IMG/VR virus record: IMGVR_UViG_3300027782_006229
Location: 20,842-84,841 of that record
Source: a virus
DNA: 64,000 nucleotides
Strand: one strand, 5' to 3'
The notes beneath the pieces were generated by a model that was given only the letters and a program-made list of their open reading frames with translations, made no database searches and was not told the DNA's origin. The translations under genes and the position numbers were made by a program. Positions 45,331-54,735 of the stretch are shown piece by piece (positions within the stretch are counted from its first letter, which is position 1; each line of letters opens with the position of its first letter).

Positions 45331-45990
45331 TTAGAATGCTATTACAGTTAATAGCAGAGCATCTGCTGGTTCTCTAAGTAAAGTTGTATCGATTGCAGTA
45401 ATAGGTGAAAATGCACTAGATCCACCTGATACATCAAATACATACGAAAGGTTGTAGGTTTCAATTGTCGCTATGTTTTCAGCTACACTAGTAACAATTG
45501 TAACATCTCGGTCTGATGAAGCATTACACGCAGCAATAGTATCATTAAAAAATATAGTATAATTGCCTACATCATTTCTCTGATAAGAGCATCTTACACC
45601 TTGTTGTGATGCAAGGGAATCTGCACTAGCGCGCCATGTACCACCTCCTTGTACAAATAGAAAGTTTTGATAATATACAGTGGATAAGTTTTCAACTTGA
45701 GTGGTGAGTTCCGCAGATACAGTGTCAATTTTAGTATCTAAAATGCCTGATACAGTAGCGATTAATGCATTTTGCAAAACATAAAGAGTTGATAAAGCAT
45801 TTACATCAGTTTGAAGTTGTTCAATTTCACCGTAAAAAGTGGTGTTTTCAGGTGGTATAATAATATTAGAAAAATCTACAATATTAGTCCCAGCTGTTGT
45901 TTCAACAATAAAAAAATCACCAGCTTGTACTTGATTGATAAGAGGTAGCTCTTTGATGTTCACGTAAATATCTTTACCATTTGTCTGCAT
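45331..45990 (-). CDS. late hypothetical protein, probably structural
   Basis: TAAATA upstream; coiled coil followed by beta-rich C-terminus. Confidence 0.55.
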   Translation of the reverse strand: MQTNGKDIYVNIKELPLINQVQAGDFFIVETTAGTNIVDFSNIIIPPENTTFYGEIEQLQTDVNALSTLYVLQNALIATVSGILDTKIDTVSAELTTQVENLSTVYYQNFLFVQGGGTWRASADSLASQQGVRCSYQRNDVGNYTIFFNDTIAACNASSDRDVTIVTSVAENIATIETYNLSYVFDVSGGSSAFSPITAIDTTLLREPADALLLTVIAF

Positions 45991-46038
45991 ACAAATATAT
46001 TTATGTTGAATTCAATCGATTGTATATTAAATTAAAAT

Positions 46039-46818
46039 ATGAAAATTGGGGTAGGTATTATAACCTATAATAGACCAGAGCTTTTACGCAAGTGTATTAA
46101 TTCATTGATACCTGCGCAGATAGATGAGGTTGTAGTAGTAAATGATGGTAATCCGTTACCATTTGATATCGGTAACGGTAAATTGATTGAAAATAAAACT
46201 AACCTAGGTGTTGGTAAGTCAAAAAATAAAGCATTATCATATCTCATGGAAAAAGGATGTGATTATTTATTTTTGATTGAAGATGATATATTTATCAAAG
46301 ATATGTCTGTTTTTGAGCGATATATTGAAGCTTCAAAAATCACAGGTATACAACATTTCAATTTCTCGCAACATGGTATGATGAATAAATCGTGGCCAGG
46401 TGGTAAACCTAATCCAAGAGTAATAATTGATTATGGTAAAATTAAGCTACCGTTATACCCTCACTGCGTAGGAGCATTTTCCTTTTATACTCGAACATGT
46501 ATAAAGCAGGTAGGGTTAATTGATGAAGCATATTATAATGCATTTGAACATGTAGATCATACTTATAGGATTATAAAAGCTGATATGCATCCACCTTTTT
46601 GGTATTTTGCTGATATTGAAAATTCCTGGGAATATTTAGGCGATGAAGAGTGGTGTATAGAAAAATCCACAATTTCGTCAAAACCAGATCACAGTCAGAA
46701 AGTACAAGAAGCTATGAATATATTCGCAAACAAACACCAGTTTATACCCACACATATACCTCTTGCTACAACTGAATGTATAACAAACAAATTAAAGCTA
46801 ATAAAACAAATTTTTTGA
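46039..46818 (+). CDS. GT2 glycosyltransferase
   Basis: TYNR, VVNDG, NLGV, IEDD and EH.D motifs. Confidence 0.88.
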   Translation: MKIGVGIITYNRPELLRKCINSLIPAQIDEVVVVNDGNPLPFDIGNGKLIENKTNLGVGKSKNKALSYLMEKGCDYLFLIEDDIFIKDMSVFERYIEASKITGIQHFNFSQHGMMNKSWPGGKPNPRVIIDYGKIKLPLYPHCVGAFSFYTRTCIKQVGLIDEAYYNAFEHVDHTYRIIKADMHPPFWYFADIENSWEYLGDEEWCIEKSTISSKPDHSQKVQEAMNIFANKHQFIPTHIPLATTECITNKLKLIKQIF

Positions 46819-46820
46819 AT

Positions 46821-47540
46821 ATGCATAATCTCACTATTTTAACTTGTAATTATAATACACCAGATTTGATTGTAAATTTAAAAAAATCTATTGATAAATA
46901 TAGTTGTTTGGATGTTGAATTTGTAGTTATTAATACATCATCTGATGATAATTCTGAAAAAATATTAATTGAAAATGGTATTAAATTTTTAAACTTTAAG
47001 GGTGAAGTTCACGGTCGTGGTGTAAATTTTGGACTACAACAAATAACAACCAAATATGTTTTATTATTAGATTCAGATGTTATTATAACATCCGATATAT
47101 CAGGTATTTTTAATAAATTTGTAGATAATAATTTAACTCTAGCTGGTCGTGTGGTATATAATGAAGGTGGTAAGCAATTATATCCTAGAGTTGACCCTAG
47201 TTTTTGTTTTATTGATAGTGAAAATTTAAACAAATTTGGAATAAAATTTTTTGATGAAGAGCGAACTAAATTAAGTAGACTGACCAACGATAAAGTTTAT
47301 AACATAGGTTCAACGATGTTTGAAGATGTAATCAATAATGAGTTATTAATTGGAGATTTTGATTTAAGATATAAAAAATTTATACATTATGAAGGTATGT
47401 CATGGCGGGTTCAATCATATGATGCAACAAAAGGTGACACAGATGTCGATTTTGGTGGTACACACCCAAATAAAATGTTAAAGACAATAGGTGAACAAGT
47501 AAGAATACAATACTATAAAGATGTAAAGGAGTTATTATAA
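46821..47540 (+). CDS. GT2 glycosyltransferase
   Basis: NYNT, HGRG and LDSDV motifs. Confidence 0.8.
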   Translation: MHNLTILTCNYNTPDLIVNLKKSIDKYSCLDVEFVVINTSSDDNSEKILIENGIKFLNFKGEVHGRGVNFGLQQITTKYVLLLDSDVIITSDISGIFNKFVDNNLTLAGRVVYNEGGKQLYPRVDPSFCFIDSENLNKFGIKFFDEERTKLSRLTNDKVYNIGSTMFEDVINNELLIGDFDLRYKKFIHYEGMSWRVQSYDATKGDTDVDFGGTHPNKMLKTIGEQVRIQYYKDVKELL

Positions 47541-47542
47541 TT

Positions 47543-48235
47543 ATGAGTAAAACAATAGATATAATTATATTATCTAATACAACAGATTTTAAACATTACG
47601 GTCTAACAACGAGAGCATTAAACACACTAAGAGCTAGTGAAACTTCTTATAAATTTAATGAGATAATTGTTGAAACAAATACAAACTATTTAGACAAGGG
47701 ATTTTTATATCATAATTCAACTGTTATAACACCTAATGAAGAATTTAATTATAATAGATTTTTAAATTTTGGTTTAACTAAAACAGAATCTGACTGGATA
47801 GTAATATCAAATAATGATGTCATTTTTACAAAAAATTGGTTTACAAAATTAATGATATTTCAAAAAGATAATCCAGATGTTTTATCTTTATCTCCGTATG
47901 AACCTAACTGGCACCCAATTCATGGGTTAGCGGGTAATAATAACAGTTATTTCGGCTATAGAGCTGCACATGAAATAGCTGGTTGGTGTATAGTTTTACA
48001 TAGAAGTATACTAGATAAATGCAAATTATTTGATGAAGCATTTGCATTTTGGTATCAGGATAATGACTATGGTAAGACGCTAGAAGCTAATAATGTAAAG
48101 CATGCTTTAGTTGTATCATCACGAGTTTATCATGATAATAGTAGTTCACATGATACAGTTACAAATAAAGAAAAATTAAATTCAATGACACATAAACAAG
48201 CTGGTGTATTTTATAGCAAATGGGGTAATTTATGA
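47543..48235 (+). CDS. GT2 glycosyltransferase
   Basis: FNYNRFLN, NNDV and FDE.F.FWYQDND motifs. Confidence 0.85.
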   Translation: MSKTIDIIILSNTTDFKHYGLTTRALNTLRASETSYKFNEIIVETNTNYLDKGFLYHNSTVITPNEEFNYNRFLNFGLTKTESDWIVISNNDVIFTKNWFTKLMIFQKDNPDVLSLSPYEPNWHPIHGLAGNNNSYFGYRAAHEIAGWCIVLHRSILDKCKLFDEAFAFWYQDNDYGKTLEANNVKHALVVSSRVYHDNSSSHDTVTNKEKLNSMTHKQAGVFYSKWGNL

Positions 48236-49053
48236 AAAAAAAATTTTTAGTAAGTATTGAATGTTTTATGCCATCAAGTGGTGGTATAGTTGCTATGCAT
48301 AAACTCTGTAACGATATAATAAAATTAGGTCGTGAAGCTTATGTTACATCAAGAGAATCTCATCATAAATTAAATGCTCCATTTATAGGTGGGAGGGAAA
48401 TGAATGCAGATGAATGGGTTGTTGTGTATCCAGAAATTGTACATGGTAACCCCTTTAAATTTAAACACGTAGCTAGATGGATATTAAATACACCTGGTAA
48501 ATGTGCAGGAGTGGGTAAGGGATATTATGATAAAAAACTTGATACTGATTTAGTGTTTAAATATTCACCATTTTTTGAATACGAAGATAGAGTGGATGGT
48601 CATATGAGGTGTACGTTTATTGACTATGATTTATTTAAAAATACAAATCAGACAAGAGATATTGAGTCAATGTTTTTTATAAAGAAAGGGGGAATTACCA
48701 CCAAACAACACCCAGATAACTCTGTTGACTTTAGTAAGTTTGATAACAATTGGATTGAAGCAGCTCAGATGTTAAATAGGTGTAAATATTTTTATTGTTA
48801 TGATAATGAGTGTTTTTGGGTAACTCTTGCTGCTTTATGTGGTTGTATTACAATAGTAATACCTAATACAAAAACACCATCAGATTTATGGAAAGAATAT
48901 TTTCCATTTAATAAATATGGAATTGCTTTTGGGTTAGATGAAAAGCAATGGGCTATAGATACAATAGATAAAGTAACAGATCATTGTCTAGATGTACAGG
49001 AACTAGATTTAAAGATGGTAGCTAATTTTATTGAAATGTGTGATAAATTATGA
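48232..49053 (+). CDS. glycosyltransferase-like protein
   Basis: SGG...MH.LC, VYPEIV.GNP, RW.L and AALCGC motifs. Confidence 0.65.
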   Translation: MKKKFLVSIECFMPSSGGIVAMHKLCNDIIKLGREAYVTSRESHHKLNAPFIGGREMNADEWVVVYPEIVHGNPFKFKHVARWILNTPGKCAGVGKGYYDKKLDTDLVFKYSPFFEYEDRVDGHMRCTFIDYDLFKNTNQTRDIESMFFIKKGGITTKQHPDNSVDFSKFDNNWIEAAQMLNRCKYFYCYDNECFWVTLAALCGCITIVIPNTKTPSDLWKEYFPFNKYGIAFGLDEKQWAIDTIDKVTDHCLDVQELDLKMVANFIEMCDKL

Positions 49054-49862
49054 AAATATACATTACAGGATCGACTGGATTTTTAGGTAAAAGCATTGTT
49101 GAGTTATTACCTCAACATAATTATTACAAATATAAAAGAGGTGAGAGTGTTATTGATACTCTTAATAATTTAAAACCAGATATAATTATTCATAGTGCAG
49201 GCGAGATTTATAATGAATCACAGATGTATGTCAGTAATATTAAACTAACAGAGAGCATACTTGATTGGGTTAAAGTTAATGATGTTAAAATGATTTATTT
49301 TGGATCGTCATCAGAATACGGTATTGTTAATAAACCAATGAATGAGAGTATGGAATGTATACCTGTTACATATTATGCTGCTTCAAAATTATGGGGTACC
49401 CAAAAGTGTATACAGACATCAATTGATTATAATAAAGATATATGTGTTGTTAGACCGTTTAGTGTTTATGGTAAAAATGAACCTGAAAGACGACTAATAC
49501 CAACACTACGTAAAAAGTTGATAGATAAAACTGATATCAGTTTAATTAAAGGTGATCATGATTTCATTTATATTAAAGATTTTGTTAGATGTATTGAGTT
49601 AATTATCGACTCCACAAAAACAAAAGGTGAAATTTTTAATGTGGGGTCTGGTATATCTTATTCTAATGCTGATATTTTAAACATAATGCTAAAAATAATT
49701 AACCCTAGCGTTGCATCAGTTAAATTTTTAAATGATATTAAACAGTGTGATTCTCAAACGTGGATATGTGATACAACTAAGTCTTATAACATTTTAAATT
49801 TTAAATGTGAATATACAGTTGAAAGCGGGTTAAAAGAGTTTATATATGATTATGAAAATTGA
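49050..49862 (+). CDS. NAD-dependent nucleotide-sugar epimerase/dehydratase
   Basis: TGSTGFLG, SSSEYG, YAASK and RPFSVYG motifs. Confidence 0.92.
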   Translation: MKIYITGSTGFLGKSIVELLPQHNYYKYKRGESVIDTLNNLKPDIIIHSAGEIYNESQMYVSNIKLTESILDWVKVNDVKMIYFGSSSEYGIVNKPMNESMECIPVTYYAASKLWGTQKCIQTSIDYNKDICVVRPFSVYGKNEPERRLIPTLRKKLIDKTDISLIKGDHDFIYIKDFVRCIELIIDSTKTKGEIFNVGSGISYSNADILNIMLKIINPSVASVKFLNDIKQCDSQTWICDTTKSYNILNFKCEYTVESGLKEFIYDYEN

Positions 49863-50556
49863 GCTCAATGTATTAAATTCCACACCAATTGATTTATCAT
49901 TATGTGATGAATTTATCAGCTACTATACTAATGGTAGTTCATATACAAAACATATTATTGAAAAAGAAATTAATAGTGGTCATTATAATGATCCTGACTT
50001 TTTGAAAATTTTTGAAAATAACGACGCTATTGTAATTGATGGTGGTACTAATATTGGATTGTTTTCACTATTTTTACATAAAGCGTGCAAAAAAATTTAT
50101 GCTGTTGAACCAACTACCAACCACCTTGATGTTTTGAGGAAGTTAAGCGGGTTGTTAGATATTAAAAATATTCGATTTAGTGAAGTTGCATTTAACAATT
50201 ACAATGGTCAATGTACCTTTATGGTTGATTCATCTAATACCACAACCAATAGAATTGCATCACACGGTACTAGTGTAAATTGTGTTAAGATTATTGATTA
50301 TATTAAAGCTACTGGTGAATCACAAATCGACTTACTTAAACTTGATATTGAAGGTGGTGAACAGTTTGCAGTTTTAGGTGATCCATCATTTGTTGAAGTT
50401 GCTGAAATGTGTAAAAATATTTATATTGAGTTACACCCATCACCAGGAGTTAACCCAATAGATGTAATTTCCAAGTTTACAGGAATGGGGTATAAAATTA
50501 AATTTATGAATAGTGAATTTCTTAATAATAACCTCAATGTATTAGCATATAAATGA
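49846..50556 (+). CDS. FkbM family methyltransferase
   Basis: IDGGTNIG, AVEP and LKLDIEGGE motifs. Confidence 0.9.
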   Translation: MIMKIELNVLNSTPIDLSLCDEFISYYTNGSSYTKHIIEKEINSGHYNDPDFLKIFENNDAIVIDGGTNIGLFSLFLHKACKKIYAVEPTTNHLDVLRKLSGLLDIKNIRFSEVAFNNYNGQCTFMVDSSNTTTNRIASHGTSVNCVKIIDYIKATGESQIDLLKLDIEGGEQFAVLGDPSFVEVAEMCKNIYIELHPSPGVNPIDVISKFTGMGYKIKFMNSEFLNNNLNVLAYK

Positions 50557-51308
50557 AAACTTGTTTTTTTACAATTTTACAGGACAGCTATAAAAATTAC
50601 AGCGGTATTGAATATAATTTATTTGAAAAAAGCTTTAAACATTTCCACCCAGATATACCACTATTTGTAGTTGGTGATAAAGAAATTGCTGAGCTACGTA
50701 AATCGATTCCTAGTTTGGATTTGTTTAAGATGAAAGCATCTGCAGCTAAATTATTTTATAACGATTATGATTTGGTGGTCAATATTGATGCAGACCATTT
50801 TTTCTTCGATAGGTTAGATGAAATTTTAGCAGGTGATTTTGATGTTGCTGCTCCATCAAACTTCAACTATTATGAAAATGTTAGCTTAAAAATTGAATCC
50901 TATAATAGTAAATTTTACAATATAGTACCAGATCAAAAATATATTCAAGCTGGATTAGTTGCATCTACAAGTAAAAACTTTTGGGATACATACGAAAAGG
51001 CATCTGTTAAACATGCAGATCATATGACATGTAAGGATAATGATGTATTAAACTTAGTCGTAGAATTCGGAAATTTTAACTTTAAAGTTCTTGATGGTGG
51101 TTGGACCCCAAATGACGTAAATAGACACAGCTATTATGGTTGTTCATCTCTTAACCTTGAAAAGGAATGCACGATTGTAGATGGTAAACCATTTATTAGA
51201 GGTAAACCGCTTAAATGTTATCATGTTGCACGTGGTGGTGCTAAACCTAAGTTTGATCAATTGTTTAATACTGATGTAGTAAATTGGCTCAATGAAAAAA
51301 TTAAATAA
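50553..51308 (+). CDS. GT8-like nucleotide-diphospho-sugar transferase
   Basis: IDAD, QAGL, DNDVLN and YH motifs. Confidence 0.7.
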   Translation: MKTCFFTILQDSYKNYSGIEYNLFEKSFKHFHPDIPLFVVGDKEIAELRKSIPSLDLFKMKASAAKLFYNDYDLVVNIDADHFFFDRLDEILAGDFDVAAPSNFNYYENVSLKIESYNSKFYNIVPDQKYIQAGLVASTSKNFWDTYEKASVKHADHMTCKDNDVLNLVVEFGNFNFKVLDGGWTPNDVNRHSYYGCSSLNLEKECTIVDGKPFIRGKPLKCYHVARGGAKPKFDQLFNTDVVNWLNEKIK

Positions 51309-51948
51309 AAAATTCAAAACCCTATATAACAAAGTATTAGACATTACGTTTAAACATGAGTTATCACATCTTAGTAGTTGTTTGACCACACTACCTATAT
51401 TATTTCACATTTATGAAACGAAGTCTGAAAACGATGTTGTAATTTTATCTAACGGACATGCTGGGTTAGCCCAGTATGTTTGTCAAGAGGCATACGAGGG
51501 AAAAGACGCAGAATATCTTTTAACAAAACATGGTATCCACCCAACGAAAGACTCCGAAAATAACATCTTCTGTTCAACAGGTAGTCTTGGTTTAGGATTA
51601 CCTATTGCTATTGGTGCAGCGTTAGCTGATAATACAAGACATGTACATTGTATTATATCTGATGGTGAATGTTGTGAGGGTAGTATCTGGGAGAGTTTAT
51701 ATTTTTTGACAAAGGTGAATGTACCAAATCTCAATGTATATGTTAATGCTAATGGTATTAGTGCATATGATAATGTTAACATACAAACATTAAAACGAAT
51801 TATTACTAGCTATAAACTAAAAAATGTAACGTTTGTGGATACATCAAAACATTTAACATCGGTACCTTACTTAAATGAAAAGGGTATCGAAGCACATTAC
51901 GTGAAAATTACTAGTGAAGAAACACTCAACAATCTTAAGTTATATTAA
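51292..51948 (+). CDS. transketolase N-terminal (TPP-binding) subunit
   Basis: SHLSS, LSNGHA, TGSLGLG and SDGECCEGS.WE motifs. Confidence 0.9.
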   Translation: MKKLNKKFKTLYNKVLDITFKHELSHLSSCLTTLPILFHIYETKSENDVVILSNGHAGLAQYVCQEAYEGKDAEYLLTKHGIHPTKDSENNIFCSTGSLGLGLPIAIGAALADNTRHVHCIISDGECCEGSIWESLYFLTKVNVPNLNVYVNANGISAYDNVNIQTLKRIITSYKLKNVTFVDTSKHLTSVPYLNEKGIEAHYVKITSEETLNNLKLY

Positions 51949-51953
51949 ACATA

Positions 51954-52430
51954 ATGAGATATAAATTCGCCGAAGCTATAGAAACCCAGATGGATAATAA
52001 TAAAGATGTATTTTTTATTACAGCTGATCTTGGATATAAAATATTTGATAACATAATTAAGAAATACCCTGATAGAGCAATGACTATTGGAGCATCAGAA
52101 CAGCTTATGCTAGGAATGGCTGTTGGTCTTGCTGACTCTGGTAAAATTCCAATTGTATATAGTATTACACCTTTTTTGCTGTGTAGACCATACGAGTTGA
52201 TTCGTAACCACCTCAATCATGAAAAATGTAACGTTAAACTAGTAGGTACTGGTAGAGATAATGATTATGCTCATGATGGGTTCACACACTATGCTGGTGA
52301 TGATAAATCTGTATTAGAAACATTCGATAAAATTATTAAGTACTGGCCTGATAAAAAAGAAGATATCAGCACCATCGTATCTGAAATGATAAATCATAAC
52401 GGCCCAACATATTTAAATTTAAAAAGATAA
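51954..52430 (+). CDS. transketolase pyrimidine-binding subunit
   Basis: TADLG, GASEQ, R.YE, G.TH and P.YL motifs. Confidence 0.9.
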   Translation: MRYKFAEAIETQMDNNKDVFFITADLGYKIFDNIIKKYPDRAMTIGASEQLMLGMAVGLADSGKIPIVYSITPFLLCRPYELIRNHLNHEKCNVKLVGTGRDNDYAHDGFTHYAGDDKSVLETFDKIIKYWPDKKEDISTIVSEMINHNGPTYLNLKR

Positions 52431-52463
52431 TTGAACTTCGATAGTCTTATATTATAATAAGGT

Positions 52464-53045
52464 ATGTATATTGAAGAAAAAAATTATGACGGCTCTCTAA
52501 TTCATGAAAGATTTGCATATAGATATTTGAAGAAAAATATTAGAGCTACAGGTGATATTGTTTCATTTGTAGGTCCTATGATGGTATCAACAAATCTTAT
52601 TGACTTAGAAGACTCTATGTCTAACGATTATATTGTGAGTCAAGGTGCTATGAATTTTTGTTGGGAGATACCTAACCTAGATGCTTTTGGTGCAGTCTGC
52701 TTTCAGAGATTGTTTAATACTAAAATCGCTAGCATACTTTATAAGTACATCTCAAAGAGTATATCTGTAAGAGGTGATGATATTATGGTGTATGATAAGT
52801 TTATTGGTAGTGATGGTACTGAGCAAGAAAAAGGTAAAGCGAGTGTGAGTATTACATATAGTAAAGATAATGTTGCTATTGGTCATACTGGAATAAATAT
52901 CGTTGCAGGTCCACTAGCTCCTAATTTTGCATACTCAACGAATTTACCAATTGAGCAGTGTTTAGAATTTATGGCTGAAGTTGAGACAGAGTTTTATAAC
53001 ATGACACAGGATATTTTTATCGCAACCGCTAAAGTAATAGTTTAA
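52464..53045 (+). CDS. DUF366 family (lipoate-ligase-like) protein
   Basis: YDGS, F.GPM, DLED, FQRL, GDDI, GK.SVSI and H.GINI motifs. Confidence 0.8.
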   Translation: MYIEEKNYDGSLIHERFAYRYLKKNIRATGDIVSFVGPMMVSTNLIDLEDSMSNDYIVSQGAMNFCWEIPNLDAFGAVCFQRLFNTKIASILYKYISKSISVRGDDIMVYDKFIGSDGTEQEKGKASVSITYSKDNVAIGHTGINIVAGPLAPNFAYSTNLPIEQCLEFMAEVETEFYNMTQDIFIATAKVIV

Positions 53046-53046
53046 T

Positions 53047-53256
53047 ATGAAAAACAACCCAGAACAAAACGTAGTAACAATCACCACAACCGTAACCCTT
53101 AATGATAAAAGTGTCGAGTATACGATTAAGCTTAATCGTAACGATGTAATCACAATGGATCCAGCTGCTGGTAATAAAGCACTTAACGATATTATGAAAC
53201 AGTTTTACGTAAAGGTAAACGATAATATCAAGCTAGCATTGAATGACAATATTTGA
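53047..53256 (+). CDS. hypothetical protein
   Basis: Coupled small ORF. Confidence 0.5.
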   Translation: MKNNPEQNVVTITTTVTLNDKSVEYTIKLNRNDVITMDPAAGNKALNDIMKQFYVKVNDNIKLALNDNI

Positions 53257-53587
53257 CATTCTTAATAGTATTCTTTATTCAAAGAAAAAAATTGATTTGA
53301 ATTTAGAAGACGAAAATACATTCGGGGGTCCATTTATGATTAATAGATGGACCTCTATGTATAACAAAGAACTTGCTGTATATGTTAATAATTTTTTAAA
53401 TCGTAGTTTACCATTTGATGATAAAACTGCTTTATTTGATTTTTATTTTTACTTTTTACCTAAGTTAAAATTTAAAAAGATATCATATATCAAAAAGACG
53501 AAAAAAGAAGCTGATGATGTTCAACCTATAAAGAGAGAATTTCTTTCAAAAAGAGAATTAGATTTATACGTTGATATGTTGAAATAA
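53243..53587 (+). CDS. gp62: clamp loader small subunit (T4 gp62-like)
   Basis: FD.LNSI...K and PFMINR..S motifs. Confidence 0.65.
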   Translation: MTIFDILNSILYSKKKIDLNLEDENTFGGPFMINRWTSMYNKELAVYVNNFLNRSLPFDDKTALFDFYFYFLPKLKFKKISYIKKTKKEADDVQPIKREFLSKRELDLYVDMLK

Positions 53588-53603
53588 TTGATTAACTATC
53601 TGT

Positions 53604-54017
53604 ATGCCTGCAGATATTGATATTTTACCAACACAAAAAAGTGTAATTGATTTAAGTTCACATAGTGAAGGTGACTTCGGTTTACAAGAACATAAGCTCA
53701 CCTTCATTTTTGATGATATCATTCTTGTCAAATATATTGACATGGAGGCAGATGATGGTGATCTTATTAAACGAGGTTCAATATTCATCAAAGCTAATGC
53801 AGTTAGAGCTGCATGGAGAAAAGCTGAAGTTATCCTTGTGGGTCCCAATGTTAAGTTCACCAAAAAAGGTGATATTGTAATTTTTCCAAACGATAAAGGA
53901 ATTACAGTTGCTAATATTGAAGTTGAAGGTTATGGGTTACTCAAAAAGGGTATGTTTTTAAATGAACAGCGTATTTTTGGTATTTGTAAACCTTTAGAAA
54001 CAGATGACAACATCTGA
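53604..54017 (+). CDS. GroES-like co-chaperonin
   Basis: DDIILV, VILVGP.V...K.GD.V.F and FLNEQRIFG motifs. Confidence 0.8.
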   Translation: MPADIDILPTQKSVIDLSSHSEGDFGLQEHKLTFIFDDIILVKYIDMEADDGDLIKRGSIFIKANAVRAAWRKAEVILVGPNVKFTKKGDIVIFPNDKGITVANIEVEGYGLLKKGMFLNEQRIFGICKPLETDDNI

Positions 54018-54375
54018 GTTAGATTCTTTATTAGCTGATAATGTGCTAGATCTAAGATTTGTTAGAAGGTTACCAGTAAAGGGTAAACCAATAACACGTA
54101 GAATGGTATGCACAAAAAGCAATAATATTCTGAACTCCAATAACGGCTTAATTTCTTTAGGTTATAGAGCCCCAGTACAAGCTCCAAAATTCAATCCTGA
54201 GTCAGAAGGTTTAGTTATTGTTTGGGATATTATAATGCAAGATTTTAGAAACATACCAGCAGAAACTGTTATTGTTTTAAATAAAATTCCTGGTGATGAT
54301 AAATTCTGGGAGTATTTTAATAATAATTTACGGTTAATGACTGCACAGCAAAAAATTAATTTTATGATGTCATGA
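54004..54375 (+). CDS. hypothetical protein (WYL/SH3-like)
   Basis: F.R....R.M.CT and VWD...DFR pattern. Confidence 0.5.
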   Translation: MTTSELDSLLADNVLDLRFVRRLPVKGKPITRRMVCTKSNNILNSNNGLISLGYRAPVQAPKFNPESEGLVIVWDIIMQDFRNIPAETVIVLNKIPGDDKFWEYFNNNLRLMTAQQKINFMMS

Positions 54376-54713
54376 GAAATAAAGATGCTATCGAGAAAAA
54401 AATAAACAACTTCTTACTTAAACCAATTACCTTTAAACTTAATAACAAGGTAATTAAAAGGGGTAAGCTGAAAATTTTTACAATAAAACAGTTCTTTATT
54501 AAATTTAATTTACTAATTGATAACGAAATCAAAGTATTTGAAGTACCATATCCTTATAAAATTCATGAAACAACTAATTCATTAGCATTTGAATATACAT
54601 TGAGTAGTTTCTGTAATAGTAATAATTCTGAGTTATATTATAAACTCAAAACAACAGATAAAAAAACTTCTAATAAAATGTATGATAGTTTTTTATATAT
54701 GTTGACTGAATGA
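54372..54713 (+). CDS. hypothetical protein
   Basis: Coupled ORF. Confidence 0.55.
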   Translation: MRNKDAIEKKINNFLLKPITFKLNNKVIKRGKLKIFTIKQFFIKFNLLIDNEIKVFEVPYPYKIHETTNSLAFEYTLSSFCNSNNSELYYKLKTTDKKTSNKMYDSFLYMLTE

Positions 54714-54735
54714 ATGTATAAGCTATAATAAAGGT

